A stretch of DNA of 64,000 nucleotides from an uncultured Candidatus Saccharibacteria bacterium (GTDB lineage Bacteria > Patescibacteriota > Minisyncoccia > Phycocordibacterales > DATGWK01). The DNA is taken from positions 7,418 through 71,417 of the forward strand of contig CAYHIR010000002.1 of the NCBI GenBank assembly GCA_964356815.1. Direction: 5' to 3'. The notes beneath the pieces are model-generated. The model ran no database searches, was not told the DNA's origin, and saw nothing but the letters and a program-made list of their open reading frames with translations. Shown here in pieces: positions 29,268 to 40,766 of this stretch. Position numbers and translations under genes: made by a program. Within the stretch, counting starts at the first letter, position 1; each line of letters starts with the position of its first letter.

Positions 29268-31028
29268 TTACTTCGCCGTGTTTTTTTCTGTTTTTTCTAA
29301 TTTTATCAAATGATTGCTAATTTCGTTACACTTTTTTAAAAGCTCCTCTATCTTTACTGGATCACGCGCCTGCTCGGCCACCCGAAGCTCAGCCATTGTT
29401 TTGGCAAATTGCATTTTAAATTCTTCAGCTTGTAAATCTCGGAGAAGTTCTTCAACGATCTCCGCCGCTCGATCGCTACCTTCCAAATATTTTTCGACTT
29501 CAAAAATCAATCTATCTTTCTCCAGAGCCACCTCGGCCTCAAGTGCCACAAATCTTTCTTTGCCAATTATTTCTTTGAGTTTATCCGCAAGCTCCACCTT
29601 GTCTCGCCAATAAAATACGCCAAGCAATGTGCGCTCGATCGAAAACTTGCGAGAGCCTTGAGGAACTTTTGGTGCGAGCGGTCCAGCCGTAGCTCGTCCG
29701 CCCTGACCCGCCGGCGAATTTTGCCCAGCTGGTGAAGCTTGTACCTTAGACGCCGCCTTTAGATCTTCCCACAGAGACTCCTCCCGTGTACCCAGTGCTG
29801 TAGCGACTTTTTTCAAGAAGTGCGCACGATCGACAGAATTTTTGAAAAACAAGAGAAGTGGAAAAACCTCTTCTCGTACTTTTCGAAGACGCTCGCGGTC
29901 GTTTGTGGTACTTCGCAATATTGCCGCCACAGAAAAATCGATGATGTGCTCGGCGGTTTTTAGAGATTGAGCATACGCCGCCGGCTTTTTTAGAAGAAGC
30001 GAGGCTGGATCTTCGCCCTCTGGCAGTGGCGCGATCTTCACCTCCATACCGAGGCCCAAACCAAGCTCCGCCGCGCGTCGCGCGGCGGAAATACCCGCCG
30101 TGTCGCTATCGAAAGCAAACATTACCTTCGGAGAAAGGCGCATCAAACGCTTCAAGTGCAAGTCCGTAAGAGCAGTGCCGGAGGTAGCCACCGTATTTTC
30201 GAAGCCAGCTTGATGCGACATTACGAGGTCCATCTGGCCTTCCACAACGATAGAATACTCTTTGCGACGAATAGCCGCTTTGGCACGGTCGAAGCCGTAC
30301 ATTGTGTCGGATTTTTTGAAAAGAACGGTTTCTGGGCTATTCAAATATTTCGGTGCAGAATCGTCGTTGGGAAAAATTCGCCCCGAGAAAGCCACGATCT
30401 TTCCGCTGGCATTCCAAATCGGGAAAACAATTCGACTTCGGAAAACGTCGTAGTAGCCGGCGTGCGAATCGCGACCTGCGCTTTCGTTTGCCGTCTTCTT
30501 TATGAGCCCAGCCGCCAGCATGTCTGGCACTTTGAAGCCGTTCGACAATAAATAATCATACAGGGAGCGCCACTCATTGCTCGCGTAACCAACGCGCCAA
30601 TCGCGAATAGTTTTTTCTTTGAGGCCACGGCCGAGCAAATACCTCTGAGCTTCGGGCGCGCCTTGCAATCCCCGCTCGAAGAAAATTGTCGCCGCTTCCA
30701 TCACGGTGTAAAGATTTTGTTTGTCTTTATCGTGAGAGACGCTTTGTTCGTCGAGAGACACATGCGCTCGTTCGGCCAAAATTTTGAGAGCCTGAGGAAA
30801 GTCGAGGCCATCAAATTGCTGAATAAAACTAAATATGTCGCCCTTCGCGCCACAACCAAAACAATAGAAAGTACTGCGATCGGGCGAGACGAAGAACGAT
30901 GGCGTTTTCTCGTTGTGAAATGGGCATCGGCCTTTGAGATTTGCCCCCGCCTTTTCCAATTTCACGAAAGATGACACCACTTCCACTATCCCCACTCGTT
31001 CTTTTATTTGTTCAACGACTGACGACAT
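29268..31028 (-). CDS. dnaG: DNA primase
   Basis: [15 protein letters not shown] zinc finger, [20 protein letters not shown]. Confidence 0.96.
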   Translation of the reverse strand: MSSVVEQIKERVGIVEVVSSFVKLEKAGANLKGRCPFHNEKTPSFFVSPDRSTFYCFGCGAKGDIFSFIQQFDGLDFPQALKILAERAHVSLDEQSVSHDKDKQNLYTVMEAATIFFERGLQGAPEAQRYLLGRGLKEKTIRDWRVGYASNEWRSLYDYLLSNGFKVPDMLAAGLIKKTANESAGRDSHAGYYDVFRSRIVFPIWNASGKIVAFSGRIFPNDDSAPKYLNSPETVLFKKSDTMYGFDRAKAAIRRKEYSIVVEGQMDLVMSHQAGFENTVATSGTALTDLHLKRLMRLSPKVMFAFDSDTAGISAARRAAELGLGLGMEVKIAPLPEGEDPASLLLKKPAAYAQSLKTAEHIIDFSVAAILRSTTNDRERLRKVREEVFPLLLFFKNSVDRAHFLKKVATALGTREESLWEDLKAASKVQASPAGQNSPAGQGGRATAGPLAPKVPQGSRKFSIERTLLGVFYWRDKVELADKLKEIIGKERFVALEAEVALEKDRLIFEVEKYLEGSDRAAEIVEELLRDLQAEEFKMQFAKTMAELRVAEQARDPVKIEELLKKCNEISNHLIKLEKTEKNTAK

Positions 31029-31078
31029 ATTTTTTACTCACCATGTCGCACGTTATCGCACACCGCCCGCGAAAAATC

Positions 31079-34000
31079 TTACAAGTTCTGCTGTCGTTTC
31101 TTTTCTTCGAGAATAAGGGCGTGCTTTGGACCACCGACGAAACCCGTACCGGCCGGAATCAAATTTCCAATGATAACGTTTTCTTTCAAACCAATGAGGC
31201 GATCTTCGTGACACTTCACCGCACCACCAATGAGCACGCGAGTAGTGTGTTGGAATGAAGCAGAAGAAAGGAAGCTTCGGCGTGAAAGAGAGACTTCAGT
31301 GATACCCATAATAATGAGCTCGCTTTTTGCTTCAGCACCGCCAGTAGCTTTCACACGCTTATTTTCTTCGAGGAACTCTGAGAGCTCAACAACATCACCA
31401 GTAGAGAAATTGGTTGCACCTTCTTCTTTGATGCGACGGCGCGCAAACATTTGGCGAACGATAACCTCAATGTGCTTTCGAGAAACATTTTCTCCCTGAA
31501 GCTCGTAGAGCTTGCTGATTTCACGAATAATGTATTGCTCTGTGCGCTCACGGCCAGCGTAACGGAAGAGTTCGTCGAGATCGGCTGAGCCGTCGGTGAG
31601 AAGGTTGCCCATCGCTACTTTGTCACCAGTGCGAACAAGAATAGTACGGACCATATTGACCTCATGCTCCACAACTTCACCCTTCTCGCCGCTCTCGAGC
31701 TCAGGCATAATGCGAATCATTTTCTCTGTACCGTTTTGAACAACTTCCAAAACTACGCCATCTACATGGCTCACGACAGCAGGATTTTTTGGCTTTCGTT
31801 TCTCAAAGACTTCCTCAACGCGAGGTAGACCCTGAGTGATGTCGCCACCAACAGAAGCGGTACCACCGGCGTGGAATGTACGCATTGTAAGCTGTGTACC
31901 TGGCTCACCAATAGCTTGAGCGGCTACAGTTCCCACAGCTTCACCAAGGCCGATAGGCTTATTGTTTCCAAGGTCAGCACCGTAACAAATTTGGCAAATA
32001 CCTTGAAGTGTCTTACAGCCAAGTGGAGAACGAACAGAAACACCCTCTACACCAGCGTGCTCGATAGCCAAAGCCAATTCTTTTGTAATGTATTCGCCTT
32101 TCTTAGCGATGAGCTCGCCTTCTTTTTCGCCTTTGGCGCCCTTGCCAGCCTTCGCAAAAACATTTTCCGCCAAGTATCGGCCTTTAATATTTCTTGATAG
32201 TGGGAGCTCGATACCAGAAGCGGTTTCTTTTACGATTCTAATGCCCTCTTTAGCACCGCAATCGTCTTCGGTGATGATGATATCTTGAGCAACATCAAAG
32301 AGGCGGCGTGTGAGATAACCAGCTTTAGCGGTGTTCAAGGCTGTGTCGGTGAGACCTTTGCGTGAACCGTGAGTGGTAATGAAGTACTCGATCGGTGTGA
32401 GACCTTCTTTTGAAGATGAGAGAATTGGAAATTCGATCGTTTCGCCAGCAGTGTTTTGGATCAAACCTTTCATACCACTCATCTGAGTGATGTTTGAAAG
32501 TGAACCTCGAGCACCGGAAGAAATCATATCGCCGAGAGAGCTGCGCTTGTCGAGATTTTCGGAAATGAGTTTTTCAACTTCATTTTTTGCGCCGTGCCAA
32601 ATCTCAATATTTTTTCGCATGCGCTCTTCTTCAGAAATGAGACCGTCGTTGAACTGATCGCCGATAACTTCCGACTTGGCTTTAGCGCGATCAATAATCT
32701 CATGTTTACCTTTTGGCACAATAACTTCATCGATACCCCAAGTGGTACCAGAGTGAGTGGCATATTTGAAACCGAAATTTTTCACGCTGTCCATAATCGC
32801 CGGCACCGCACCAACACCGTAGCGGTCGATAAGATCGTCCACCATAGCCGACATTTTTTTGCGATCGATCTCGAAGTTCATGTAAGGATAATCGGCAGGC
32901 AAAACTGCATTGAATAGCAGGCGGCCGACAGTCGTTTCGAAGAGTTTTCCTTCAAATTGCCCGTACTTAGGATCGCCCTCTGGTGGCAAAACTTTTATTT
33001 TTGCTCTGTAGCCCACCGCGCCAAAAGAGCGAGTGGTGATGGCTTGGTCTGGGCTCGCAAAATGCAGACCCTCACCTTTCTCTCCTGTAACATTTTTGGT
33101 CATCCAAAAAGCGCCGAGCACGATGTCGAGTTTGTTGATGGATGCGATAAGGTCGCCGCTTCCTGGCTTTAGAATGTTTTTATCTGATGCCATGATCTCA
33201 CGAGCTTCCATTTGAGCTTCGAAAGAAAGAGGCACATGTACGGCCATCTGATCACCGTCGAAGTCGGCGTTGAAAGCTGTACAAACGAGTGGATGCACGC
33301 GGATAGCATCACCTTCGATAAGGATAGGCTTGAAAGCTTGAATACCAAGACGATGTAAAGTTGGCGCGCGGTTTAAGAGAACATATTTGTCTTTAATCAC
33401 CTCTTCAAGGATTGCCCACACTTCTGGAATTCCGTCTTCGATGAGGCGACTAGCGCCACGAATGTTGAAAGCTAATTCTTTTTTGAGTAGACCAGAAATG
33501 ACGAACGGCTTAAAGAGTTCGAGGGCCATGTGCTTTGGCAAACCACATTGGTCGAGATAAAGCTCAGGACCAACGACAATAACGGAACGACCAGAATAAT
33601 CTACACGCTTACCCAAAAGATTGGCACGGAAAAGACCGCGTTTGCCTTTGAGATTGTCGGAAAGCGATTTGAGCGGACGGCGTTGTAGCTGACTCACAGC
33701 AGAAGACTGAGAATTGCTGTGACGGATTGTGTTGTCGATTAGAGAATCAACAGCTTCTTGCAAAATACGCTTTTCGTTGCGCAAGATAACCTCTGGTGCA
33801 TTAATTTCTTTGAGCTTTTTGAGGCGATTGTTGCGATTGATGACGCGTCGGTAAAGATCGTTTACATCTGATGTAGCATAACGACCGCCGTCGAGAGGCA
33901 CCATCGGGCGAAGCGCTGGTGGAATAACTGGAATACGAGTCATAAACATCCACTCTGGGCGAATGTTGTTGCGGATCATGGCACGAATAAAAGAGATACG

Positions 34001-34804
34001 CTTTTGAGCTTTTTCGGTCTCCATTGCACCAGCTTTTTCGAGCGACGCAACAAGGTTGGCTTCGAGTTTCTTGAGATCGAGCTTCTTGAAAATGTTGAAA
34101 ATAGCTTCAGCGCCGATTTCTGCTTCGAAAAGACCGCCATATTTCATCGAGAACGAATGATATTTCACTTCGTCGAGCACCACACCTTCTTCAATGCCAT
34201 CAATCTCAGACTTAGCCGCCGTGAGAAGTTCACGGAGAGCCTCTTTTGTCTTTTCGTCGGCAGAAGATTTCATCTTCGACTTAAACTCGCTGTCCAAATC
34301 TTTCAAAATGCGAGTGCGCTCTTCTTCTGAGACGCTCGTGACGATATAGCCCGCGAAATAAATTACCTTTTCTATTTCACCTGTAGGCAAACCCATAACC
34401 AAGCTCACGCGTGAAGGCATACTTCGGAGAAACCAAATATGAGACACCGGTGAAGCGAGCTCAATGTGACCCATGCGTTCACGGCGCACGATAGAGCGAG
34501 TGATTTCCACACCACATTTTTCACACACAATGCCTTTGTAACGAATACCGCGATATTTTCCACAATAACATTCGAAATCTTTGTCCGGACCGAAAATTTT
34601 CTCATCGAAGAGGCCGCTTCTTTCGCTTCTTTGTGTGCGGTAATTGATAGTTTCAGGTTTTGTAACTTCACCGAAAGACCACTCTCTGATTTTTTCCGGT
34701 GAAGCAAGCTTCAACACGATAGTGTCGAAACGCTCAGCACCTTGGCCAGGAACTCGCGCTTTTGTCTTTGCCCCAAACTTTGATTCAAATTTTGATGTTT
34801 GCAT
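31079..34804 (-). CDS. rpoC: RNA polymerase beta' subunit
   Basis: [32 protein letters not shown]. Confidence 0.98.
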   Translation of the reverse strand: MQTSKFESKFGAKTKARVPGQGAERFDTIVLKLASPEKIREWSFGEVTKPETINYRTQRSERSGLFDEKIFGPDKDFECYCGKYRGIRYKGIVCEKCGVEITRSIVRRERMGHIELASPVSHIWFLRSMPSRVSLVMGLPTGEIEKVIYFAGYIVTSVSEEERTRILKDLDSEFKSKMKSSADEKTKEALRELLTAAKSEIDGIEEGVVLDEVKYHSFSMKYGGLFEAEIGAEAIFNIFKKLDLKKLEANLVASLEKAGAMETEKAQKRISFIRAMIRNNIRPEWMFMTRIPVIPPALRPMVPLDGGRYATSDVNDLYRRVINRNNRLKKLKEINAPEVILRNEKRILQEAVDSLIDNTIRHSNSQSSAVSQLQRRPLKSLSDNLKGKRGLFRANLLGKRVDYSGRSVIVVGPELYLDQCGLPKHMALELFKPFVISGLLKKELAFNIRGASRLIEDGIPEVWAILEEVIKDKYVLLNRAPTLHRLGIQAFKPILIEGDAIRVHPLVCTAFNADFDGDQMAVHVPLSFEAQMEAREIMASDKNILKPGSGDLIASINKLDIVLGAFWMTKNVTGEKGEGLHFASPDQAITTRSFGAVGYRAKIKVLPPEGDPKYGQFEGKLFETTVGRLLFNAVLPADYPYMNFEIDRKKMSAMVDDLIDRYGVGAVPAIMDSVKNFGFKYATHSGTTWGIDEVIVPKGKHEIIDRAKAKSEVIGDQFNDGLISEEERMRKNIEIWHGAKNEVEKLISENLDKRSSLGDMISSGARGSLSNITQMSGMKGLIQNTAGETIEFPILSSSKEGLTPIEYFITTHGSRKGLTDTALNTAKAGYLTRRLFDVAQDIIITEDDCGAKEGIRIVKETASGIELPLSRNIKGRYLAENVFAKAGKGAKGEKEGELIAKKGEYITKELALAIEHAGVEGVSVRSPLGCKTLQGICQICYGADLGNNKPIGLGEAVGTVAAQAIGEPGTQLTMRTFHAGGTASVGGDITQGLPRVEEVFEKRKPKNPAVVSHVDGVVLEVVQNGTEKMIRIMPELESGEKGEVVEHEVNMVRTILVRTGDKVAMGNLLTDGSADLDELFRYAGRERTEQYIIREISKLYELQGENVSRKHIEVIVRQMFARRRIKEEGATNFSTGDVVELSEFLEENKRVKATGGAEAKSELIIMGITEVSLSRRSFLSSASFQHTTRVLIGGAVKCHEDRLIGLKENVIIGNLIPAGTGFVGGPKHALILEEKKRQQNL

Positions 34805-34830
34805 GTTGTTTTTTTAATTATTTGGGACTA

Positions 34831-37800
34831 TTAAGCGTCGAGTTCTCCACTTGCTTGGGCATCAGCATTCGAGGCGGTCGACTTATCCGCTTTTTCTGCA
34901 CCAGCACCAGCGCCAAGTTTGTCTATTTTCTTAAGATCGATATCCAAGCCAAGACCACGAAGATTGTTCAAAAGCACATTGAAAGAGGCGGGAATATTTA
35001 GCTCACGGATCGGCTCACCTTTGACGATCGCATCGAAAGCGGCTGAGCGACCAGGGATGTCGTCGGATTTGATTGTGAGCATTTCACGAAGTGTGTACGC
35101 GGCGCCATGACCAAGAAGTGCCCAAACTTCCATTTCTCCAAATCGCTGACCTCCAGCTTGGGCTTTTCCACCGAGAGGTTGCTGAGTGATGAGAGAGTAC
35201 GGACCAATAGATCGCATGTGAATTTTGTCTTCAACCATGTGATGAAGCTTCAAGACATACATGTAACCAATTGCAATTTTCTGACCAAATTCTTCGCCAG
35301 TGCGTCCATCGAAAAGAGTGACTTTGCCATCTGCTTCGAAGCCAGCTTTCACCAATTCTTCTTTAATTTCAATATCACTCGCGCCAGTAAACGGAGGCAC
35401 GATAGCTTGGTAGCCAAGAGTGTGAGCGGCAAGACCAAGATGAAGCTCGAGAATTTGTCCAAGGTTCATACGAGAAGGCACGCCGAGAGGAGTAAGAATC
35501 ACATCCACAGGTGTACCGTCGGCCATGTAAGGCATATCTTCTTCAGGCAAGATGCGAGAAATAACACCTTTATTGCCGTGGCGGCCAGCGAGTTTGTCAC
35601 CCACAGACACATTTCGGAGTTGGGCGACTTCAATATGAATACGCTTGATAATGCCCGAGTCGAGCTTGTCGCCGCGCTCGCGTGAGAAGACCTGCACATT
35701 TATAATACGACCGCGCTTGCCACCTTCCATGCGCTTTGATGTGTCTTTGACATCGCGAGCTTTTTCACCAAATAGAGATCGGAGCAAACGCTCTTCAGGA
35801 GTAAGTTGTGTCTCACCTTTTGGTGTAATTTTTCCTACCAAAATATCACCCGGACGGACTTCTGCACCGATGCGAATGATGCCGTCTTCAGCCAAGTTTT
35901 TTAGCTTCGCTTCGCCAACGTTTGGAATGTCGCAGGTTGTAACTTCCGGACCGAGTTTTGTATCGCGCACATTCACGACAAATTCTTCAATATGAATAGT
36001 TGTAAATTTGCTGTCTTTTACGAGGCGCTCAGAAAGGATAATGGCGTCTTCATAATTTGATCCAGACCATGACATGAAAGCCACCAAAACGTTTTGGCCG
36101 AGTGCCATTTCGCCGCGATCGCTAGAAGATGTATCAGCAAGGACATGGCCTTTCTTCACTTTCTCACCAAGGCCAACGCTCGGTCGTTGATGGAAACATG
36201 TAAAGCCGTTTGTGCGTGAGAATGTGACGAGCTTATATTCTTTTTCTTTACCCTTTTCGTTTTTCACAGTAATGCTTTTCGCATCTACTTGAGTGACAGT
36301 CCCCGCTTCTTCTGCAAGAACGAGGCGGCCAGTGTCGCGGACAGCGCGAGCTTCGATGCCAGTGGCAACGAGTGGCGCTTCAGGCACGATACAAGGTGTA
36401 GCTTGTTTCTGCATGTTTGAACCCATGAGTGCGCGATTGGCATCGTCGTGATTCAAGAAAGGAATCATGGAAGTAGCAACAGAGAAAGCTTGGTTTGTAT
36501 CGACATCTATATAGTCGACCTTATCGGCAGTGACCATACCCGGCTCGCCAGCAATGCGTACCTCGACATTTTTATCAATAATTTTTCCACTTTCATCTAC
36601 AGGCGTCGCGGCGTGAGCGATGTTGCATTGCTCTTCTTCGAGAGCGTTCAGGTAAGAAATTTCGGTTGTCACAACGCCATTTTTCACGCGGGCGTACGGC
36701 GTTTCGATCATGCCGAATTCGTTGAGACGAGCGTACAAGCTCAAGCGCAAAATGAGACCGATGTTTGGACCTTCAGGTGTGTGAATTGGACAAAGACGAC
36801 CGTAATGAGAGGGGTGAACATCGCGCACCTCGAAGCCGGCGCGAGCGCGATTCAAACCACCAGGGCCGAGTGCGGAAAGTGTACGCAAATGCTCAATTTC
36901 TGAAAGCGCATTTTCCTGTTGCATGAATTGCGAAAGCTGATTGGTCGTGAAAAATTCTTTAATGCGAGCTTGGAGAGGCTTTGGGCTGATGAATTGCACA
37001 GGCAAAGTGACATCGCTCTCAACGGTCGACATTCGGTTTTGAATGTTGCGCTTAATCTGCGTCATACCAACACGAATCTTTTGCTGGAACATTTCGCCCA
37101 CAAAGCGCACGCGGCGTGAACCGAGATGATCGATATCATCTTCCATCGCGCCAGGGGTCGTGTTGAGTTTAATAATATTAGAAACAATTGTCTTCAAATC
37201 TTCGAGAGAAATAGTCTTTCGAGAAAGCTCGGGCTCTGTGAGCTTCTTTTCAAAACGCTGATTGAAGCGGAAACGACCGACGCGAGAAAGATCGTAGCGT
37301 TCTTCGTCAAAAATAGATTTTACAAATTCGCGGGCATTGTCGGCTGTTGCCAAATCGCCGTCGCGAAGGCGTTTGTGAATTTCAATAAAAGCTTCTTCAG
37401 GAGTTTTGGCGTGATCTTTGGCGAGAGTCTTCTCAATAAATTGCTTGGCGGCAGGATTGTCCTCAAAAAGCGCCGAAATGTCTTTATCTGTAGACGCACC
37501 ACGGACACGAAGGAGAGACGTGACCGGGAACTTTCGCTTGCGATCGATGCGTACATATAGAGTGTGATCGCCATCTGTCTCGATTTCTACCCAAGCACCG
37601 CGAGCAGGAATGATCTTCGCACCAAAAACCATTTTGCCCTTCGCTTCTTGAGATGTGAAGAAAACACCGAAAGAACGAGCGAGCTGTGGCACCACCACGC
37701 GCTCAATACCACCCACGACGAATGTACCGTGACTCGTCATCATCGGAAAATCGGTCATGAAAATCTCTTGCTCTTTTGTGGTGCCGAGTGTGAGATTTTT

Positions 37801-38130
37801 TAGCTTCACAATCACCTTAAGCGGTGCTTCGTAGGAGAGTTTATTGTCTTTGGCGTAGTATTCGTCAAACTTGGGCTGTGCCAACTCAAACTTCACAAAT
37901 TCAAACTCAAACTTTTTACCAGAATAATCTTTAATAGAAGAAAATTCTGCAAACACATCTTTGAGGCCTTTCTCAATAAGCCAATTGAAAGAGTTGATCT
38001 GAGACTCAACCAAATTTGGCATTGGCGAAAGAGCTTTCTTCCACTTGCCGAAATATTTCTTCTTGAGCTCTTTCGGTGCGTTTGTGAGAGCAACACTAGC
38101 GCCGCCTTTTTCTTCAGTGTGAGTGGTCAT
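34831..38130 (-). CDS. rpoB: RNA polymerase beta subunit
   Basis: GDKLAGRHGNKG, TPEGPNIG, GGQRFGEME. Confidence 0.98.
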   Translation of the reverse strand: MTTHTEEKGGASVALTNAPKELKKKYFGKWKKALSPMPNLVESQINSFNWLIEKGLKDVFAEFSSIKDYSGKKFEFEFVKFELAQPKFDEYYAKDNKLSYEAPLKVIVKLKNLTLGTTKEQEIFMTDFPMMTSHGTFVVGGIERVVVPQLARSFGVFFTSQEAKGKMVFGAKIIPARGAWVEIETDGDHTLYVRIDRKRKFPVTSLLRVRGASTDKDISALFEDNPAAKQFIEKTLAKDHAKTPEEAFIEIHKRLRDGDLATADNAREFVKSIFDEERYDLSRVGRFRFNQRFEKKLTEPELSRKTISLEDLKTIVSNIIKLNTTPGAMEDDIDHLGSRRVRFVGEMFQQKIRVGMTQIKRNIQNRMSTVESDVTLPVQFISPKPLQARIKEFFTTNQLSQFMQQENALSEIEHLRTLSALGPGGLNRARAGFEVRDVHPSHYGRLCPIHTPEGPNIGLILRLSLYARLNEFGMIETPYARVKNGVVTTEISYLNALEEEQCNIAHAATPVDESGKIIDKNVEVRIAGEPGMVTADKVDYIDVDTNQAFSVATSMIPFLNHDDANRALMGSNMQKQATPCIVPEAPLVATGIEARAVRDTGRLVLAEEAGTVTQVDAKSITVKNEKGKEKEYKLVTFSRTNGFTCFHQRPSVGLGEKVKKGHVLADTSSSDRGEMALGQNVLVAFMSWSGSNYEDAIILSERLVKDSKFTTIHIEEFVVNVRDTKLGPEVTTCDIPNVGEAKLKNLAEDGIIRIGAEVRPGDILVGKITPKGETQLTPEERLLRSLFGEKARDVKDTSKRMEGGKRGRIINVQVFSRERGDKLDSGIIKRIHIEVAQLRNVSVGDKLAGRHGNKGVISRILPEEDMPYMADGTPVDVILTPLGVPSRMNLGQILELHLGLAAHTLGYQAIVPPFTGASDIEIKEELVKAGFEADGKVTLFDGRTGEEFGQKIAIGYMYVLKLHHMVEDKIHMRSIGPYSLITQQPLGGKAQAGGQRFGEMEVWALLGHGAAYTLREMLTIKSDDIPGRSAAFDAIVKGEPIRELNIPASFNVLLNNLRGLGLDIDLKKIDKLGAGAGAEKADKSTASNADAQASGELDA

Positions 38131-38362
38131 GATTAATTATTTAGCGATTGATAAGTTCTAAACCGACGGTCAGACCGGCAAACGCACCGGCAAAAACAAC
38201 AAATTTCGCACAAACAAACAAAAACACGCCCTATCCACAATAGGGGCTTGTTAACCTCTTAAATATTTATCTATTAAAATGGGACAAAATACCGAAAGGA
38301 TTAAAACGCCTTGCTAATCCTTCATTTTCTAGCCGTAACTCAATCGTATTTGAAGTATCGCG

Positions 38363-38391
38363 ATTATAGTCGACTATCAATTTTCTGTCAA
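38363..38391 (-). promoter_or_regulatory. Consensus sigma70 promoter for rpoB (about 225-nt leader)
   Basis: Minus strand TTGACA-N17-TATAAT exact. Confidence 0.8.
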
Positions 38392-38456
38392 GAAGGGTTA
38401 AAGGAGGGTGTGGGGATAGCCCAGTTTGCTATATGTCTCGAAATGACCATGGCGAG

Positions 38457-39107
38457 CTAACCCCTCCTCCACCCCTCTATCCTCTTATGATCCCCCGATA
38501 GCAAAACTTTCGGCACATTATATTTTTTTCCTTTATAAACGAGCTTTTCCGGGCGCGTATACACATCCGAGCTGGCGGCGCGCGACTCTTCAATAGACTC
38601 GGCATTGCCGAGGACTTCTGGCACTTGGCGGGCGACAGCATCTAAGATAATCATGGCTGGCAATTCCCCACCAGTGAGCACGAATGGGCCAACAGAAATT
38701 TCTTCAGCGCGGAAAATTTTTCTCACGCGAGCGTCGACACCTTCATAACGACCGCAGATGATAATTATGTCTGTGAATTTTTTAGAAAATTGCGAGGCGA
38801 CTTCGTTTGTAAATTGTTTGCCGGACGGCGAGAGAAAGACGATCTTCGGCTTCTTTTTAGATTTTTTGGCTGCAGTGCCGAGGGCTTTTTCAATTGCCTT
38901 AATAATCGGCTCGGCACGCATCACTCGGCCGGGGCCGCCGCCGTAGGGTTTGTCGTCGGCACGCTTGGCAGAACCTTTCGGCTCAAAATCTTTTGGATCG
39001 TAAAATTTGACCGCGATTTTTTTGTCTTCTATCGCACGCTTAATAATCGACTCGCCGAGGTATGAGTCAAATGATTTTGGGAAAAGGGTGATTATATGAA
39101 AAATCAT
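38457..39107 (-). CDS. trmD: tRNA (guanine37-N1)-methyltransferase
   Basis: DDKPYGGGPG, CGRYEGVDAR, VLTGGELPA, YTRP. Confidence 0.96.
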   Translation of the reverse strand: MIFHIITLFPKSFDSYLGESIIKRAIEDKKIAVKFYDPKDFEPKGSAKRADDKPYGGGPGRVMRAEPIIKAIEKALGTAAKKSKKKPKIVFLSPSGKQFTNEVASQFSKKFTDIIIICGRYEGVDARVRKIFRAEEISVGPFVLTGGELPAMIILDAVARQVPEVLGNAESIEESRAASSDVYTRPEKLVYKGKKYNVPKVLLSGDHKRIEGWRRG

Positions 39108-39115
39108 TTTGGTTT

Positions 39116-39229
39116 TTTCGTTTGTAAATAATGTATCGAAAAATGACTACGCAGGCCGAAAAGGCCGAGGACTAGGAAATTTCACCAGAAATTTCCGGTC
39201 ATTTTGAGATATTTTATTTACAAACGAAA
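39116..39229. repeat. Y-shaped palindromic element, copy 2
   Basis: Outer arms TTTCGTTTGTAAATAA/TTATTTACAAACGAAA around core 39138-39207 (69/70 identical to copy 1). Confidence 0.9.
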
Positions 39230-39233
39230 CTAA

Positions 39234-39545
39234 CTAAAGCTTGAGATCCGCCATCGCCTCATCTACCGTCTTCGAAGCCTTAACACCCTTTGTACTACCT
39301 TCAGGTTCGTTGATTTTTAGATTGACACGAGCGTTGTTTTTCATACCGACGACTCGGAGAAGGGTGCGGACGGCCTTTGCGGTGTTGCCTTCGCGACCGA
39401 TGACTTTGCCCATGTCGGCGGAGTGGACATCGAGGGTGAGGAGAACGCCCATTTCGTCTACCGTGCGCTGAATCTTGACATCATTTGGATTATCTACTAG
39501 AGATTTGATTACAAATTCCAAAAACTGTGCGTCGTTTTCCATCAT
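39234..39545 (-). CDS. khpA: KH-domain RNA-binding protein KhpA
   Basis: DMGKVIGREGNTAKAVRTLL; downstream of rpsP. Confidence 0.88.
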   Translation of the reverse strand: MMENDAQFLEFVIKSLVDNPNDVKIQRTVDEMGVLLTLDVHSADMGKVIGREGNTAKAVRTLLRVVGMKNNARVNLKINEPEGSTKGVKASKTVDEAMADLKL

Positions 39546-39683
39546 ATTGGTTTGGGTTAGATCGTTAAATCAGTTAATTACCGATATTTGATTAAAAAGT
39601 CGGGCAGTAATGTAGGAATGTACTGCTATTAAAAGAGTACAAATAAAAGACGGCTTGGTCAACTGACTTAACCACAGGAGAAC

Positions 39684-40127
39684 TTAGGCGGCGACTTCAG
39701 CTGGAGCTGGTTCTGCAGGAGCAGATTCGATGGAGGCCTCTTGGGCGGCCTCGGCGACAGGAGCTTCGGCGACAGGAGCTTCGGCGCTAGCGGCTGGTGC
39801 CTCGGCGACAGCAACAGGAGCAGATGCAGCAGCGTCACCCTCTTTCTTAATCGGGCGTTTGAGAGGAAGAACGTTGATCTTTTTGCCGGCGATGACTTTT
39901 CGGGTGACCAAAAGATTGTGGACGGTGTCGGAAACTTGAACGCCTTTAGACATCCAGTGTTTGATTTTTTCGACATCAAAAGTGGCCTGTTCGGCGCGGC
40001 GAGAATCGAAAGAGCCGAGGACTTCGAGAGATTTGCCGCTCTTTGGACCATTTTTAGAGTCGGTCAAAACAAGCCGGAATGACGGCTCGTTCTTTCGTCC
40101 AACTCTCTGTAAACGGATTTTTAGCAT
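39684..40127 (-). CDS. rpsP: 30S ribosomal protein S16 with Ala/Glu/Pro-rich tail
   Basis: MLKIRLQRVGRKNEPSFRLV. Confidence 0.95.
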   Translation of the reverse strand: MLKIRLQRVGRKNEPSFRLVLTDSKNGPKSGKSLEVLGSFDSRRAEQATFDVEKIKHWMSKGVQVSDTVHNLLVTRKVIAGKKINVLPLKRPIKKEGDAAASAPVAVAEAPAASAEAPVAEAPVAEAAQEASIESAPAEPAPAEVAA

Positions 40128-40175
40128 TCGGGTATGGTAACAGAAGATACAAAAAGGGTCAACGATGGCAACAAA

Positions 40176-40757
40176 CTAGCTTGTTGCCTGTAGACCCTTT
40201 CTTTTACCAAGCAAAATTGCTGCAACTATCGAATAATTGGCAACTATTATGTAAATCGGAAAGGCAAGAAGAATTGGATTGAGGCTTCCGACAGCGAGCA
40301 GGCCAAATATGCCTGATGTTCCAGACATAACGAAAGTGCTTGTGGTTTCTGTTTCGGGTTCTTGATACGCCTTGATGACAGTAAGAAATGTGCCGATCGC
40401 GTCAATGATGATGGCAATAAATAGAGCGTAGGCTGGCTCGTCTGTTAAATACCAAATCACTAAGCCGATACCCGCCGCAATTAGAGCTTTGATGTCTCGT
40501 TTTGTCAGACCGCCGACACCGTATTTAGTTGATAAGATAAAAACAATCAAAACCGCAAGTGTTTGACCGCCCGAAAGCCAAAGAGAATCTGTTGCGCCTT
40601 TTGCCAATTGAGAAAAGAAAGCGATTGAGGTGAGAACTGTCCAAATAAACCATGATGCGCGCTCGGGTTTTGTTTCTTTAAGAAAAATATCCCGAATATA
40701 AGGCGCGACCATTATTACACTGAGAAAGGCAGATATGTAGCCGAAGATTTGGAGCAT
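40176..40757 (-). CDS. Multi-TM membrane protein (PQ-loop-like duplication)
   Basis: PYIRDI...TKP..ASW.IW and KAY..P..E patterns, about seven TM segments. Confidence 0.7.
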   Translation of the reverse strand: MLQIFGYISAFLSVIMVAPYIRDIFLKETKPERASWFIWTVLTSIAFFSQLAKGATDSLWLSGGQTLAVLIVFILSTKYGVGGLTKRDIKALIAAGIGLVIWYLTDEPAYALFIAIIIDAIGTFLTVIKAYQEPETETTSTFVMSGTSGIFGLLAVGSLNPILLAFPIYIIVANYSIVAAILLGKRKGLQATS

Positions 40758-40766
40758 GTTGATTAA

